Assembly: GCA_050084985.1 (NCBI GenBank)
Contig: JBITNC010000002.1
Span: forward strand, 2,294,001 to 2,358,000
Length of the DNA stretch: 64,000 bases
Direction: 5' to 3'
DNA from: Nageia nagi
Lineage: Eukaryota; Plantae; Pinophyta
The notes below the pieces were generated by a model. The model made no database searches and was not told the origin of the DNA. It saw nothing but the letters and a program-made list of their open reading frames with translations. The position numbers and the translations under genes are program-made. Positions 1 through 12,700 of this stretch are shown here, piece after piece (the stretch's first letter is position 1; each line of letters starts with the position of its first letter).

Positions 1-2232
1 TTCCCATTCATCTACCATAGGGGTGATATATAAGGCTGAACACTCATCTAGTAGTTCTTGGTTGAGTTTTTCATATTTGTAAAAGGAGACAATGTCAATT
101 TCCCTAATGATTTGGAGCTTCTCAGAAAATTTAGCAGCTAAAATGTTAGCAGGAATAATTTCATTCTTGAATAAAGCATATAAAACATCCCTATGATCCT
201 GAGAAGTAGAAATGAGATCTTACAAGCTAATCTTGGTTGGTGTGTTTTTTAATTGATCAATCATATTGTAAACTTTAGGATCAAATGGGGCACTTACTTG
301 TTCAATGGTGATAGGATTTGGAACATTGCATGGACATCCTCTTCACAAGTTAGCACACACATCTTTGAATACTATGAACACATTGATGACATCTCCTTGT
401 TTAGTAAGGCATTCATCAATATTTTACCTTCCTTGTTCTAAGAGGGCTATGATAAATGCTTCCAATGTTTTACAAAAGTTTGTAGCATGCCCTTTTTGCT
501 GATGATAAGCATAATATGCATCAAAGTGTCCCAAAGGAGTATCATCATCAACTTTTTCAAGAGGTTATAGGAGGCCTTTCATCATAAGTCCCTCAAAAGA
601 ATTCTTAGTTGAACTGGAAATGTGCAGTTGATACCCTTTAAGGAAGTAGATCTTTGTGTCTTTGGAGGAGACTTGGGGGTATCCACCATATTAACTAGTT
701 TCTCCTCTTTCTTGGTGTATGGTTTCTTGTTATCTTTGAAAAAAGTGTTAGATGTATATTTAAGCTCTCCTAGAGATAATAACACTTTTTATTTTTGCAC
801 TAATTGTTGGACTAGAGTACTAAGACCAACATCCTTAGCACTAGGAGCATGCAATTGAAGTATAGGAATGATAGATTCACAAAACATGCCACAAATATCA
901 TATTCATCTAGTTTAACTCAAGTAGTTTGCCATACCTTTTTGAAGCATAACACATACTTCTCTATGGTTTCATTTCTTCCTTGACGAAGTGCACATAATT
1001 TTGATATATTACCTTGTTCTTTAATATTATGCTTGTATTGACACATAAATGTTTAAACTAAGGTTTTGAAAGAATCAATAGACTTACCAGGAAGAAAGTA
1101 AAACCATTGAGTAGAATCATCTTTCAAACTCCTTGGGAAAACTTTAGCCATTAACCTCTCATCCCAACCTAGTTTCAATAAGCACTCCTCCTAAAAGCTA
1201 ATGAGATGTTGCTTGGGATTTCGTTCACCATTGAACATCTTGAACTTGGGGGTCTTATGATCAGGTATTAGGGGAAAATTATGAATGTCATTTTTCAAGG
1301 ATGAAATGAAAATGCCATCATATTCATCAGGATTGGATGGTGGGGATGTATTGGATGAACCTCCTGGATTGGTCGAGTTGGAACTTGGATTGTTGTTCAT
1401 ATTAAGTTACCTTCGCATGTTAATAATATTCATGTTTAGAGCCTAAATCATGGCTATTATTTGATCCATCTCAAAGCTACTAGCATCTTAAAGATAGAAA
1501 TGCATGGTGTTGGCAGCCTGATCTTGGTAAGAAGGGTTAGCGCAATCTCACCTCTAGGGAAAGATAAATCAAACTATCGAGTTCACCAAAATGTAGATGC
1601 TAAGTAATGCAATTAATGCAAATGGGTTGATTAATGCACTATTGCTCTACTTTGTAAATACTGATGCATATATCAAAAATATGGAAATGACATGTAAGAG
1701 GAATGTAGTATTGTTTACTCAGATTCAATATTCATTTCGTTAATTAGAAAATGCATAAAGGATAAAGCATACATTTATGAACAAGTACATCACCTACACC
1801 CTAGAATTGGCATGTCATCGACATCATAGGATGAATGAAATTTCAAACATGAATAAGAATGTAGCAATGACTGAATTAATGAATAATCAAATGATGAACA
1901 TACTTGCAAACTTACAGAACAATACATGTGCAATATAGATAGACAAAGCAAGTTGCAATCCTTCAAATAATCTTCAATGATAATCCTTGTATTAGCTTGA
2001 AATGATTATTTTCTCATGATTCACTCATGATCCTATAGGTCATCAAATGATGCCTTTATATATGATACAAGTTTACATGACTTTGATATTTTGACCCCTT
2101 GTACATTCCATAAGGGTCAAATACATGGCGTACATCTCTTTTATACATTTTTAATCCCTTTTTAAATAATACATTATTAAGGGATTAAAATGATTTATTA
2201 AATACATAAAGGTTCATTTTGAGGTGTCTACA
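1..2232 (-). mobile_element. Ty3/gypsy element 5' part: 5' LTR 1592-2232, tRNA-Trp-like PBS about 1574-1588, decayed gag
   Basis: LTR ends TGTAGAT...GTCTACA. Minus-strand PBS TGGTGAACTCGAT lies next to the LTR. Retrotransposon gag motifs PKFKMFNG..P..HL..F, AKVFPRSL...QWFYFLP and KNTPTKISL contain stops. Copia integrase sequence begins immediately at 2233. Confidence 0.75.
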
Positions 2233-2589
2233 AGAGGTATGATACTTGAAGAAAAATGAAGTGGAATAAAGCCTAACATGAAACATTGACAATTATTTGG
2301 TTTTGATGTTTGGGTACATATTCCAAATGAAAGGAGAACCAAAATACAATAAAAGTTTAAAAGGTACATCTTTGTGATGTAAAATTTAGTACATAGAAGG
2401 GCTATAAGCTTTAGGATTTGATTATATAAAGGATTATTAAGAGAAGATATATGATTTTTATTGAGGGAACCATTTCTACACCTAAGGTTTCTCTTACTTG
2501 TTGACACTTATTAGTGTGGATCCTATAGATTTTGTTTTTATATATAGATGTTCATGATTTATCTTATGATGAGTATGTGGTACATGAGT

Positions 2590-2750
2590 ATAATCTTCAC
2601 ATAGATAATAAATATGATGATGAAAATGGTGATCTTAACTTGTATGGTGAAGATAACTATCTTCATTTGGATGGTGGAGATGGTGATCTACACTTGGATG
2701 GTGGAGATGGTGATCTTCATTTGGATGGTTGAGATGATCATATTCATTCT
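2590..2750 (+). repeat. 27-bp tandem repeat (LHLDGGDGD-like) in the copia INT-RT linker
   Basis: gatcttcatttggatggtggagatggt about 3 clear copies plus degenerate ones. Confidence 0.7.
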
Positions 2751-4075
2751 GATAGTGGAATTTTTTATTTTCACATATATAATGACAATGATGTGGATAA
2801 TATTAAAGAGAATGAGAATGATGATCACTATCACACTACTCATTCAATGGTTGTTATTATAGAGTCTATAAGGAGAGTACCCAAATGGCTAAAGGATACT
2901 TTGGAGGATTCTCCACATGATTCATGGACTTGCATAGATTTGAGGGGAGCACTCATGGACAGATTTGTTAGGTTAATTTTACACTCATGGATAAGGTTAA
3001 GGGATTAGATAACCCTTCCATATTTAAGTAAGCTTATGGGAAACTTGAGTGGGATGCAACAACAAAGAATGATTATGATGCTTTGATAAATAATGATACA
3101 TGGGAGTTGGTTCCTTATGCTAAAGGGAGAGAATTTTGTATGATGTAAATAGATCTATACAATGAAGTATGCATATAAGGGTGAAATGAAGAAATATATG
3201 GCTCGCATGGTAGCTAAGGTATATTCTTTGGAGGAGGTTATTGATTGCAATGATACCTTTTCTCCTATGACCCACATGGATTTTATTCACCATATTACAC
3301 TTAACATGGATTCTTATTTTAGTTTGGAGGTACATAAAATGGATTCAAAGAGTACATTTCTCAATGGTAACTTGAAGGAGGATATTTACATGGAACAACC
3401 ATCAGGATTTGAGAAGGGTAGGTCTAATCCTCTTAGTTGGAAGTTGAAGAAGTCATTGTATGGACTAAATTAAGAACTAAGGGAATGATATTAGAAAATG
3501 AATACATTTCTCATCAATTTAAGATTCTTTAGATGTGTTGTGGAGAAATGTGTATGTAAGGAGGAAAAATGAGCATGTCATCATCATATCCTTTATATGG
3601 ATGACTTGATTATCATGTGAAATTTCCCCATTTAAATTGAAGGCTTTAAGACTAGGTTGAAAAATATTTTTGAGATGATAGATCTTAGCTTGTTGCACTA
3701 CTTTTTGGGGTTACACATATGGCAAATGAAAGGAAATAATATTTCTTTCACAACCTATCATACCTTGGATATTTATAAGAAATTCAAGATGGAAGAATGT
3801 AATGCATCTAAGAGTCCTATGGATTGTTGACTAAAGCTTTGTAAGGTCTCTTTAAATGATCCATTAATATTGGCTCCTTATACCATTCACTAGTGAGTAG
3901 TCTATTATATTTGATCCATACTATACTAGATATTACATTTGTTATTGTATATGTTGCTAGACATATGTTAGGTACATAAGAGACCCATTAGAAAATGATG
4001 GATCACATTTTGAGGTACATTAGAAGGACTTTGGAGATGAGAATCATGAATTGGAAAGATAATACACCTAAGTTG

Positions 4076-6030
4076 ATTTTTTTTATTAATGGGTAAATTT
4101 ATTAATAAAAAAAAGATGGAGTTTTATAGGATCTCCAAAACCTTTTCATAGGATTTTCAATCTACCCAAAATGATCATAAAAAATTTCCTAGATACAACA
4201 AAATTTTGTATCAACAAATTTTATTCTTTTCCTCATATTGGTCACTAACAAATCAAGAAAGTGAAGCCATAAAATCATCAACTCCTAATAACATAACTAT
4301 CCATTTGTGCATCCAACCTTTGATTAGCAATATGGATCAAAAGAGTGTTGGAAGACATAAGTATGTTGCCCTTTATTTCTATCCTAAACTTCCTTTGTTA
4401 TAACAAAAACTTAGGTATGGGAGACCTAAATGCATATAAGGTCATGCCCTTCTTCAAAGATGATAATTTTATCTTCATAACTATATTTATAGAATTTTTT
4501 GTAGACATTTTCTATCATCCTCATTATGAGAGTTGAATCTTAGAGAACATCTTCAAGTAAAATTCTTATGTACCCTTTTATTCTCATAGCTTCAAAAAGC
4601 ATTTTGTTGTGCATCCATTTATCTTTTGGAATCAAAATGGGTATTGTCTTATCCCTTTTCCTTCTTGGTATTGGGATGAACATAACCTCTAAATGCTCCA
4701 CCTTATTTCTTTTGTTATCTTTTTGTATACTTCATTTCTTCTTTACATCCATTATCTCTTGCATTAGCAGTTTCTATTCTTTCTCAATGATTATGACTTT
4801 GTTGGGTTGATGTTCTTCCTCCATCTTAGAATCTTGAGAACTTCTTATCTAGGCTTCTTTGTTTTGTTCCCTCTTATCGTTGATGAAATAGGTTGATAGC
4901 TAGGATCTACTTCACTTTCCTTATGTTTTGTCTTGTTCCTCTATTTCAAATCTTTGTGCACTCGATTACCCCTTGCCTATACCTATGGTGTTATTATGTC
5001 ATTTATGCACTTAATAAAAATATGTTATGTCCTATTTCTCTTTTGGCCCTTCTATCTCATTCTTTCCATTGCTTTCATCTAAAATATCAATAGCTGGATT
5101 AAAATTCACTCTAAGCTTTTCCTTCCCTCTTATCTATGTCTTAATATCCCTCCATTCTTTTGGCTTAACATTTTTTGAACTTTTAGCTTATGTGATTTAT
5201 TCTTACTAATGATTAAGGCAAGCAGAGTTTGCTCATCTTCATCTAAAATCCTGATCCTAGGGCTTCTAGGAAGTTGCTTGCTCATTGTGATGCAATATAC
5301 TGGCTTGCTTACACTCTAATGTAGTGTAGGCATGTTTGGTTTTTCTTTGCATTTCCTCATCAAAATCTCCATATAGTGTTATATAAAGAAAGGAAAATTC
5401 ATAATTTCTACATCTTTCATCTAAAATGATTTAATAAGTTAAATTGATATGCATACATTATCTTGTGCTTGCCTTCTAAGGTCACATACCTCATTAAAGC
5501 TCTTACCACTTCGTCCCATGGTTGAGGGAGGATTTTTCTTTCATATCTTATTCTTGAAATATCAAAATCCTCTCCAAACTGCTTGAATTTGAAGATCTCC
5601 TCCATTTTCGCTAATTTGGTTTCTCTCTTCAATTCCTTACCTACGTTTAGCATCCTAATTACTTTTGCTATCGACTCACTGTCAAACTTTATCTCTATAG
5701 AATTCACTTTGCATACTCCTTCAACCCATGATCTTGTAATCTCCATAGAAAAACTTAAATCGTGACCTTTGCATGCTTCAATAAATCCTCCCATTACTCC
5801 CTTGTATATAATGGTCCATAATTTCCTATTTTGTTTAACTAATCATGTGTTAGAAGGCTCAATATTTACTATACCTCCTCTCATGGCTAACCAATTTTAC
5901 AATTCAAATTTAGTTATGGAGATTATGAGGATGAGATAAGGTTTACTTTCAACTACTTATTCACATATGAAGGTGATCTAGTTTTATGGGTAAGAAAGAA
6001 ATAAGTAGTTATATTTACATCTTCTATGGA
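4076..6030 (-). mobile_element. Poly(A)-tailed insertion carrying a decayed unknown ORF (about 5884 to 5417 and beyond); no RT recognised
   Basis: T-run and A-rich tail at 4076-4115; 3' stem-loop GGTTTTGGAGATCCTATAAAACT. ORF reads MRGGIVNIEPSNT*...MGGFIEAC...PWDEVVRALMRYVTLEG...LLNHFR. It interrupts copia between RT and RNase H. Right boundary approximate. Confidence 0.6.
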
Positions 6031-7969
6031 GATAAAATATTATGTTTGTTTGATAGTAGAAAAACATCTTAAATGGATGTGCCATCAACTTTAGGAGCTT
6101 ACCATCAAACATGAGGAATCTTTTTAGCTACAGGTCTATAACTAAAGTACATATGACTAAAAATCTCATTCTTCATCAACAATATAAGCAAATTGAGATT
6201 GACGTGCATTGGATATGAGAGATAGTTCAAAATGGAGATATCGTTATAAATATCTTTACATGAAATAATAACTTACAAACATTTTCACCAAACCATTATT
6301 GGAGGATGCTTTTGTTCCATTATGTCAAGCAATTGAGATGCATGAGTCTTCGAGGGAAGCTTCCATCAAGGGAGGATCTAAAGATGATGGCACCTTCACC
6401 CTTTTGATGGATGATATTGACCTTGCTAAGTCTAACTTTAGGGAGGGTTTTAGACATTAAGCTAGACTTAATGTTGGGTTTGTATTTCTTAACACATTAG
6501 TATTTATAAATACTTGGACCACATATGTTGACTCCTATATGTGATATAAATATATACATGAGTAAGTGAAATCAACCATTGAGATTAAAATATCTTATTG
6601 TTGAATCAATGATGATGATCATATCACATGGATTGGTATAAAATTATGTGCTTATTTGAAGGACACTTTTACCACTCATTGTATATTGTTGAGAATTATT
6701 ATGGAGATATCGCTTACCCCTATCAATGTATACTATTTTATGAATTTATTTTGATCCAATATTGCTTCATTTGGAAATATCATGGTGTTCACTTCTTTTG
6801 CAACACTCACATAATTTCACACCAATCACCTACATAGGTTTATTTGCACTCTTGGTAACCCATACTGCACTAATTGATGAAAAGATCCATTAAAAATTAG
6901 GACATGATTATGTTGAATGTCAAGCTAACAAAAATATCAAAAATTATGATAAAATTATTACAAACATTAATGTATACTAAAGAAGAGTAGTAAAATAAAG
7001 GACATCATTACATGCTTTCCATATACGAAAATAATTCCAATTATGAACAAGTACCAAACTTACATAAAGGAGGAAGGAAGGGTGAGCAAGTCACTCATAA
7101 TAATGCATTTCCAAGATAACTAAGAGGGGGGAAGGCTTAAAAAATAGTAAACCTAATTCCAAGCATCTTTAACATGTGATAACTCCAAAGTAGTTGAATA
7201 ATATTTTGAATTTTTTGATGGGAAAGGTACAAGAGTTTTAAAATAACTAAATGTTTGAAAAAATTATCCAATGATTGACTCTCTCCTGAGAAGACTCTTA
7301 ATGAAAAATACTTGCTTAAATATTATATTATATATAAAGTGGTAGGTTTTAACAAGGTGCCCAAAACCTATCACAAAAGTGGTTTCAAAATATCATAAAG
7401 TAATCAATGAAACCTGATACCTAGTTATACCTGATGGTAGCCAAAAAATAATGTAAAGCCAAAACATAGCTAAACTATAACTATTATGAAACCTTTCCAT
7501 ATGATTGAATCCAAAATAAAGGATCCATAAAGCAACACCATATTTTCGATGAATAATTAATATGTATTAAATCATATTAATTTTATTTAAGTTAAACTCA
7601 ATCCTTTACTAAAAAGAAAAATCATATACTTCAAATCCTCTTATTACCTAAAAATTCATTTCCAAATATGATCAAATTAAACATAATTACTTTTAATTAA
7701 CGTCAAGAGACGTTCTACAATGATGACAAGGGAAGGTAAAGAGTTCACTTGTCAATTGTGTGTTCCTTAACAATAATCGAATGGTTGAAATTCATCTACA
7801 ATTATAACTTATACTAGCTTTGATATACTTCCTTATATATCAAAAAAATACTGAGCGATATCATTCCTGAGGTGCCTATCTTGGATATAACAATACTAAG
7901 AAATGATATAATTAAGTCATTATAGACTTATAATTTATTATATTTAATATAATTTTCTTAAAAAAATAT

Positions 7970-7972
<3 letters not shown>

Positions 7973-8018
<46 letters not shown>
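7973..8018. repeat. (TA)n microsatellite
   Basis: direct inspection. Confidence 0.97.
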
Positions 8019-8022
<4 letters not shown>

Positions 8023-8099
8023 AACACACACCCCTGCAAGGATGGAACCTTGAACCTCCCATAGTCTAAAGCCCTACCATTGCGCCACCCCACTAGGAC
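8018..8099 (-). mobile_element. tRNA-derived SINE-like unit or tRNA pseudogene
   Basis: Minus strand GTGGCGCAATGGTAGGGCTTTAGACT...GAGGTTCAAGGTTCCATCC: A box TGGCGCAATGG and degenerate B box GGTTCCATCC, followed by AAAA(TA)n. Confidence 0.62.
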
Positions 8100-9596
8100 T
8101 TAAAATCATATTTTCGAAGTCAACTATTCTTTTTTTTTTTTAAATAATAAAATCAATTCATTTTTTTTAATATTGAAGTTGACGTTTAACGTACAGATTC
8201 ACATGCGATATTTTGGCTCTCCACTCCACCTTCGTTGCAACCAAAGAACGTTTATCGATGTTAATAAATAGATGATAGAAATTAATTCATATTTTTTTTA
8301 TAAATAATATTTTTTATGCTATTTATCGTATGTTTATATTTTTTGTGTTTTTATTTAATAATATTCATGTAATGTATAAAACTATTTAAGATAAACACCT
8401 TCAAATTAATACCTCTCAATATTTTGTAGATATAATTTTAAGATATCTAAACTAATATACATATATGTACATCCTAAATTAGCATTAAACAATACATATT
8501 AACATTTCCAAAACATTTTTTTTTCAATTTCAAAATAAACAAATTACTTACAACTTCAATAAAAACGTATCATACCATCAATATTGTTGCATTTTGGCTT
8601 CCTACTATGAGCTTTGCTAGTTTATTATATAGCATATCAACAAACATGTCTTGCTAGATTGAGACCCCATTTGGATGATGGGATTTTAATAAGGATACAT
8701 TTTCTCTTAATACAGTTTTATCTTTATTAGCTTCAAAACATCCTTATACAAAGTCAACCTTTCTATAAATGTCATCTCTAATATTGAAATTTCAATTCAT
8801 ACCATAAACAAACATTTGCCATACAAATTATTTTAATTTAAACTGAGAAAAAAATAAGTGAATTTTATGTTAAATTAAATAAAGCCTTAAAAGACCTTTT
8901 GCCTGTTCTACATACATGCATTTATTATGCTCTACCTGGTGAAGCAGAAGTTTCTGCTCAAGTCTGTGTTGAAGATAACAAGCGAGTGATGTGATGGTAA
9001 AATTTGGGAAAGGTAAAATGTCTGATCATCTTTTTTTATCTTTTCTGTCATGTTTTTCAGTTTTAGGATGCAATCCTAGAAGCTAGACACCAGTTTTTAT
9101 TATCGCTAATTATTTTTGGTTGAATTGAAACATGACAAAAGAGCAATAACAAGCGGAAATCGAGCCGCCTCGGGATGGGATCTAGATTCTAGAATAAGAA
9201 TGAAACAGAAACATTACAAGGGAGTTAGCAAATTGGGAAACAAAACCCAAACCCAATAAATTTCCCATTAGATGGCATTGTCTACACAGATGAGAGAGGA
9301 TGGTCCCCAATCTCTTATTAGGCCATATTTGATTTCTTCTAGCCATTGCCCAAATTGGCATTGTGGTTGAACAGTGAGATCTAGAGTTTCTTAGATCTAT
9401 GAAATCAGCAGAGCCCAAGGTGCTTCAACCTTTTTTTCCCCCAAGTTTTGAACTTTCATGGTATTCAGATCTCCAGCAACTAACAGCTATCGAGTAATAC
9501 AGAGAGATATATGTTGTCATGGTGGCAGTGCATGAGATGGGAATAAAGATTGGGTTTTTGTGAGAACATATGCGAGTAGTTGGAGTGTGAGAAATC

Positions 9597-9770
9597 ATGA
9601 TATTCAAGTCCAAGATCAAGTGGGTAGCCCTAGTAGGGGTAGTTTTATCAGTGCTTTCTCTTATCACACAGCTAGCGAAGTACCCCTCCACAGATCTTAT
9701 TCAGTATACACCGGGGATATTGACAATTTTCAACTGGCGGCCGCTGGTGGAGAATGAGTTTCCCAACAAG
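9597..9770 (+). CDS. EDA30: exon 1 (N-terminal signal-anchor)
   Basis: ATG...MIFKSKIKWVALVGVVLSVLSLITQLAK; donor AAG|GTGTAC, with an alternative in-frame donor CAG|GTCACA after 9782. Confidence 0.8.
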
Positions 9771-12700
9771 GTGTACAATCAGGTCACAGTATACATCTTA
9801 TTGTGATATGAAAAAGTTGCTCATTTTCTCACTAACGCTTTTGCTGCTGTTTGAATTGGGACATCAAGGTTGGGATTTTTGTTTAATGTTGCAGACTTCT
9901 CATTATAGGAAATTGTGGGGTCCAGTGAAATCACTTGAAACTTTGCAACCATTTGCCAGTCCCAGAGGCAGTTATCCAGGTATGATCCTATTGGACTCTT
10001 ACATTTTACGTGTATTGTATATCTATTTTTTACTTTGTTTGCTTTCTTTTTCTTTCATTGTTGATCAGAATAAGCCCACAACCTCCAAGTCTTTGGTACA
10101 CCCACCAGTGTCACGGGTGTCTACTTTAAAGAATTTATGTTTTAGGGCTTTGCTTGTTTGCCGAAATGAATGATCAGATGGATTTTTAAGGGCAGACCAT
10201 CAAATTGAACTGCAACGCTGTGATACCATAGCTGGCTGTTGGTCTTGGATATAGTTCAGCTTCCACACATTCGGAAATTACAACCCACAATTCTTGAGGG
10301 CACCTGAAAGATCCATCGTGAAATGCTCAAGTAGCTGCGTTCTAAAGCACTTTACAGATGAGGACGTTTCAGTGCTTTGAATCCTGGCCTGTCCAAAAAT
10401 TTTAAGCATACCACTGGCAATGAAGCATTTAGTTCTTTGAAAAGTGTACCTATAATTATGATGGCAAGCTTTCATCCTTCAATGGGAACTTGGCTTCTGA
10501 ACATATGAAGACAATATTCATTCGTCACAAGAGAGTTGTTCATGCAGCTTTTTCCACCACCACCATGCAACAATTGAGAATTGGACTGCAGATGATATAT
10601 AATTTATCCTCACATTCTTACTTCGTCAAGGATGATATAGACATACTGGAACTAAACATGGGAAGCCCATCAGAATCCAAACCTGCAGTAATTGTATCTG
10701 TAAAATGCAGTATGGGTGATTCTTCTTGACTTAAACATGTTTTCACTTCTCACAGAAATCTGCTTCTTTGGTTGTCGCAATTTTTACAGTGAAACATTAA
10801 CATCTCATAAAAATTGTGTCTGGGAGACAATTGCTCGGCTAGGGATGCTCCGATCTACCATACATCGAGAAACACAAAAACATCAGAGATTGTGCCAAAG
10901 CATTCCAAACTTTATCCAAATTCGTGGAGCTATCTGGGGAATCAGTCTGTAACATCAGAAACAAATTAATAAAAATATAAGAAACTGCAACCAAATTTAT
11001 ATTGATATAGAAGTCTTGTCTATGAAAATTCTTTGAAAAGAACTGTAAAAATATTGATTTCTTTTTTCTATTTGTGTAATGCATGTCACTTTATTGAAAG
11101 TGTAAAACAGTAGGTGACTAGATTCCAAGGCCGTCTCCCACAGGGGTCATTTTAGACTGTTGTTGCTTAGTTAACATATGATTTGAAGTACTGGTGCGAG
11201 CTACAACTTTGAGCGAAGTTGCTCCCTTGCATGCTGCAAGGATACTACTTCTGAACACCATATTAACACCATATTCCAACAGTTAGAGGGTCAAGATATG
11301 ACCTGCCCCTTGACCCTTCATGTTGCAAGGAGAAACATCAATCCCTTCTGGCAAGGGCATGGACTATGTGACAGTTCTGTGTGGAATATGCCAAATTGAG
11401 CTAATATCTACAATTTATTTTTTCACGGTGATCCAAAACCTATATTTACTCAGGATATGAAATGACTCATTTCTGATTTTTACATAAAACTGGATACTCA
11501 AACACAGAAATTAGCACAAATGTTTCGCCGCAATTAGAAAAATCAGTCAGGATAGAATTGTATCAATTTCTGAATGGATACAATGAAAGAACATCCAAAA
11601 GGGTACTCAAATATGAACATAAAATGAACCGGAAAACTCCCCAGAGTGAGATAAACCCCCCTTAGGGTTTCTATTAACTCAAAAAAACATAGAAATCTAG
11701 CTGAATATTGCTCACAAAGCTGGAAACCCCTTCTAGGGCAGCAAGTGCACAAAACACAATAGCAAAAATCACCACGAACTGGCTAGATTTCTTCCACAGC
11801 AATTTCAAGTGACTAAGGGCACATCTCCTTAGTTTGCAAATGCAACAGCAAGGCTCATCTCTTGTCAACTGCAAATGCCTCCAACAGAGCTAGGGGATAT
11901 CTCCTAAACAATGGTGGAGTTTGAGTAGGGCGCAACCTTCCTCAAGAAACCCAGGGTTTCAGATACAAAGTCATATAATAGCAAATACCTACTCAAAATG
12001 AGACGCTCCATCCTCTTATATAGCTTGAGGATCTAATTTCAAGTTGACATCCCCAAACCCTAATTTGACTTAAAGTGCCTTATTACAACATAAAGAAATA
12101 AAACATAAATGAAAATAATTTAATGTTATGTCTCCTAGTCACATGAGCCCCTTTTCACTTTCATAATTAAGTGTAGGAGACGTTTACAAAAATATTTATT
12201 TTTGGGACATAACAAGATATTACATATGAGACCCATTGTATACATTAGCCATATTGGTTAGGAGTTCACTTATCCCACATTGACTTGCTTGCTACGGTTA
12301 CATTCCAGCCGTAACCTTAACTGTTTAGAATCTAACAATATTTCATTTGAATCTCTTAGTTAATTGTTTTGAACACTTGGCTCTGACCATAACCCTGTTC
12401 AGGCATTATGCTCCAAATCTGCCAGGCTAGAGAATATGTTTTTGCATTTTAATCTTCAGAGGTAGTATTCGGCTTTGGAGGCTTTTTGCTCCTAGGATTT
12501 GGAATTTTGTAGTTTGCGTCAAAGCTGCTATCTACATTGGAAATTTACCAGCTATTGAAAATTGTTTTTAAGGTTTAAAATATTCCTTAGCCGTACCTTC
12601 TTGCAGGATAAAACGAGACATGTTTATACGAATCATCTTGACAGAACTGATATTAATGTGAGTTTCAGACAGCTTCTGTTGACTATTTACTGCTTCTAAT

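Larger units (their letters stand above)
2233..6782 (+). mobile_element. Degenerate Ty1/copia (integrase end, RT, RNase H, PPT, 3' LTR about 6448-6782), interrupted at about 4076-6030
   Basis: FGFDVWVHIP; MDSKSTFLNGNLKEDIYMEQPSGF...LKKSLYGL; YMDDL; KQIEIDVHWI; PPT agggaggg at 6440-6447. The LTR right end is approximate. Confidence 0.82.

Noticed and set aside
8030-8099. Functional tRNA gene
   Set aside because: Anticodon arm shortened, acceptor stem unpaired, B box mutated; kept only as SINE or pseudogene.
10200-10960. Possible antisense gene fragment or PBS-like gctgtgatacca in intron 2
   Set aside because: No recognisable protein motif in the frames read and no adjacent LTR; BLASTX needed.
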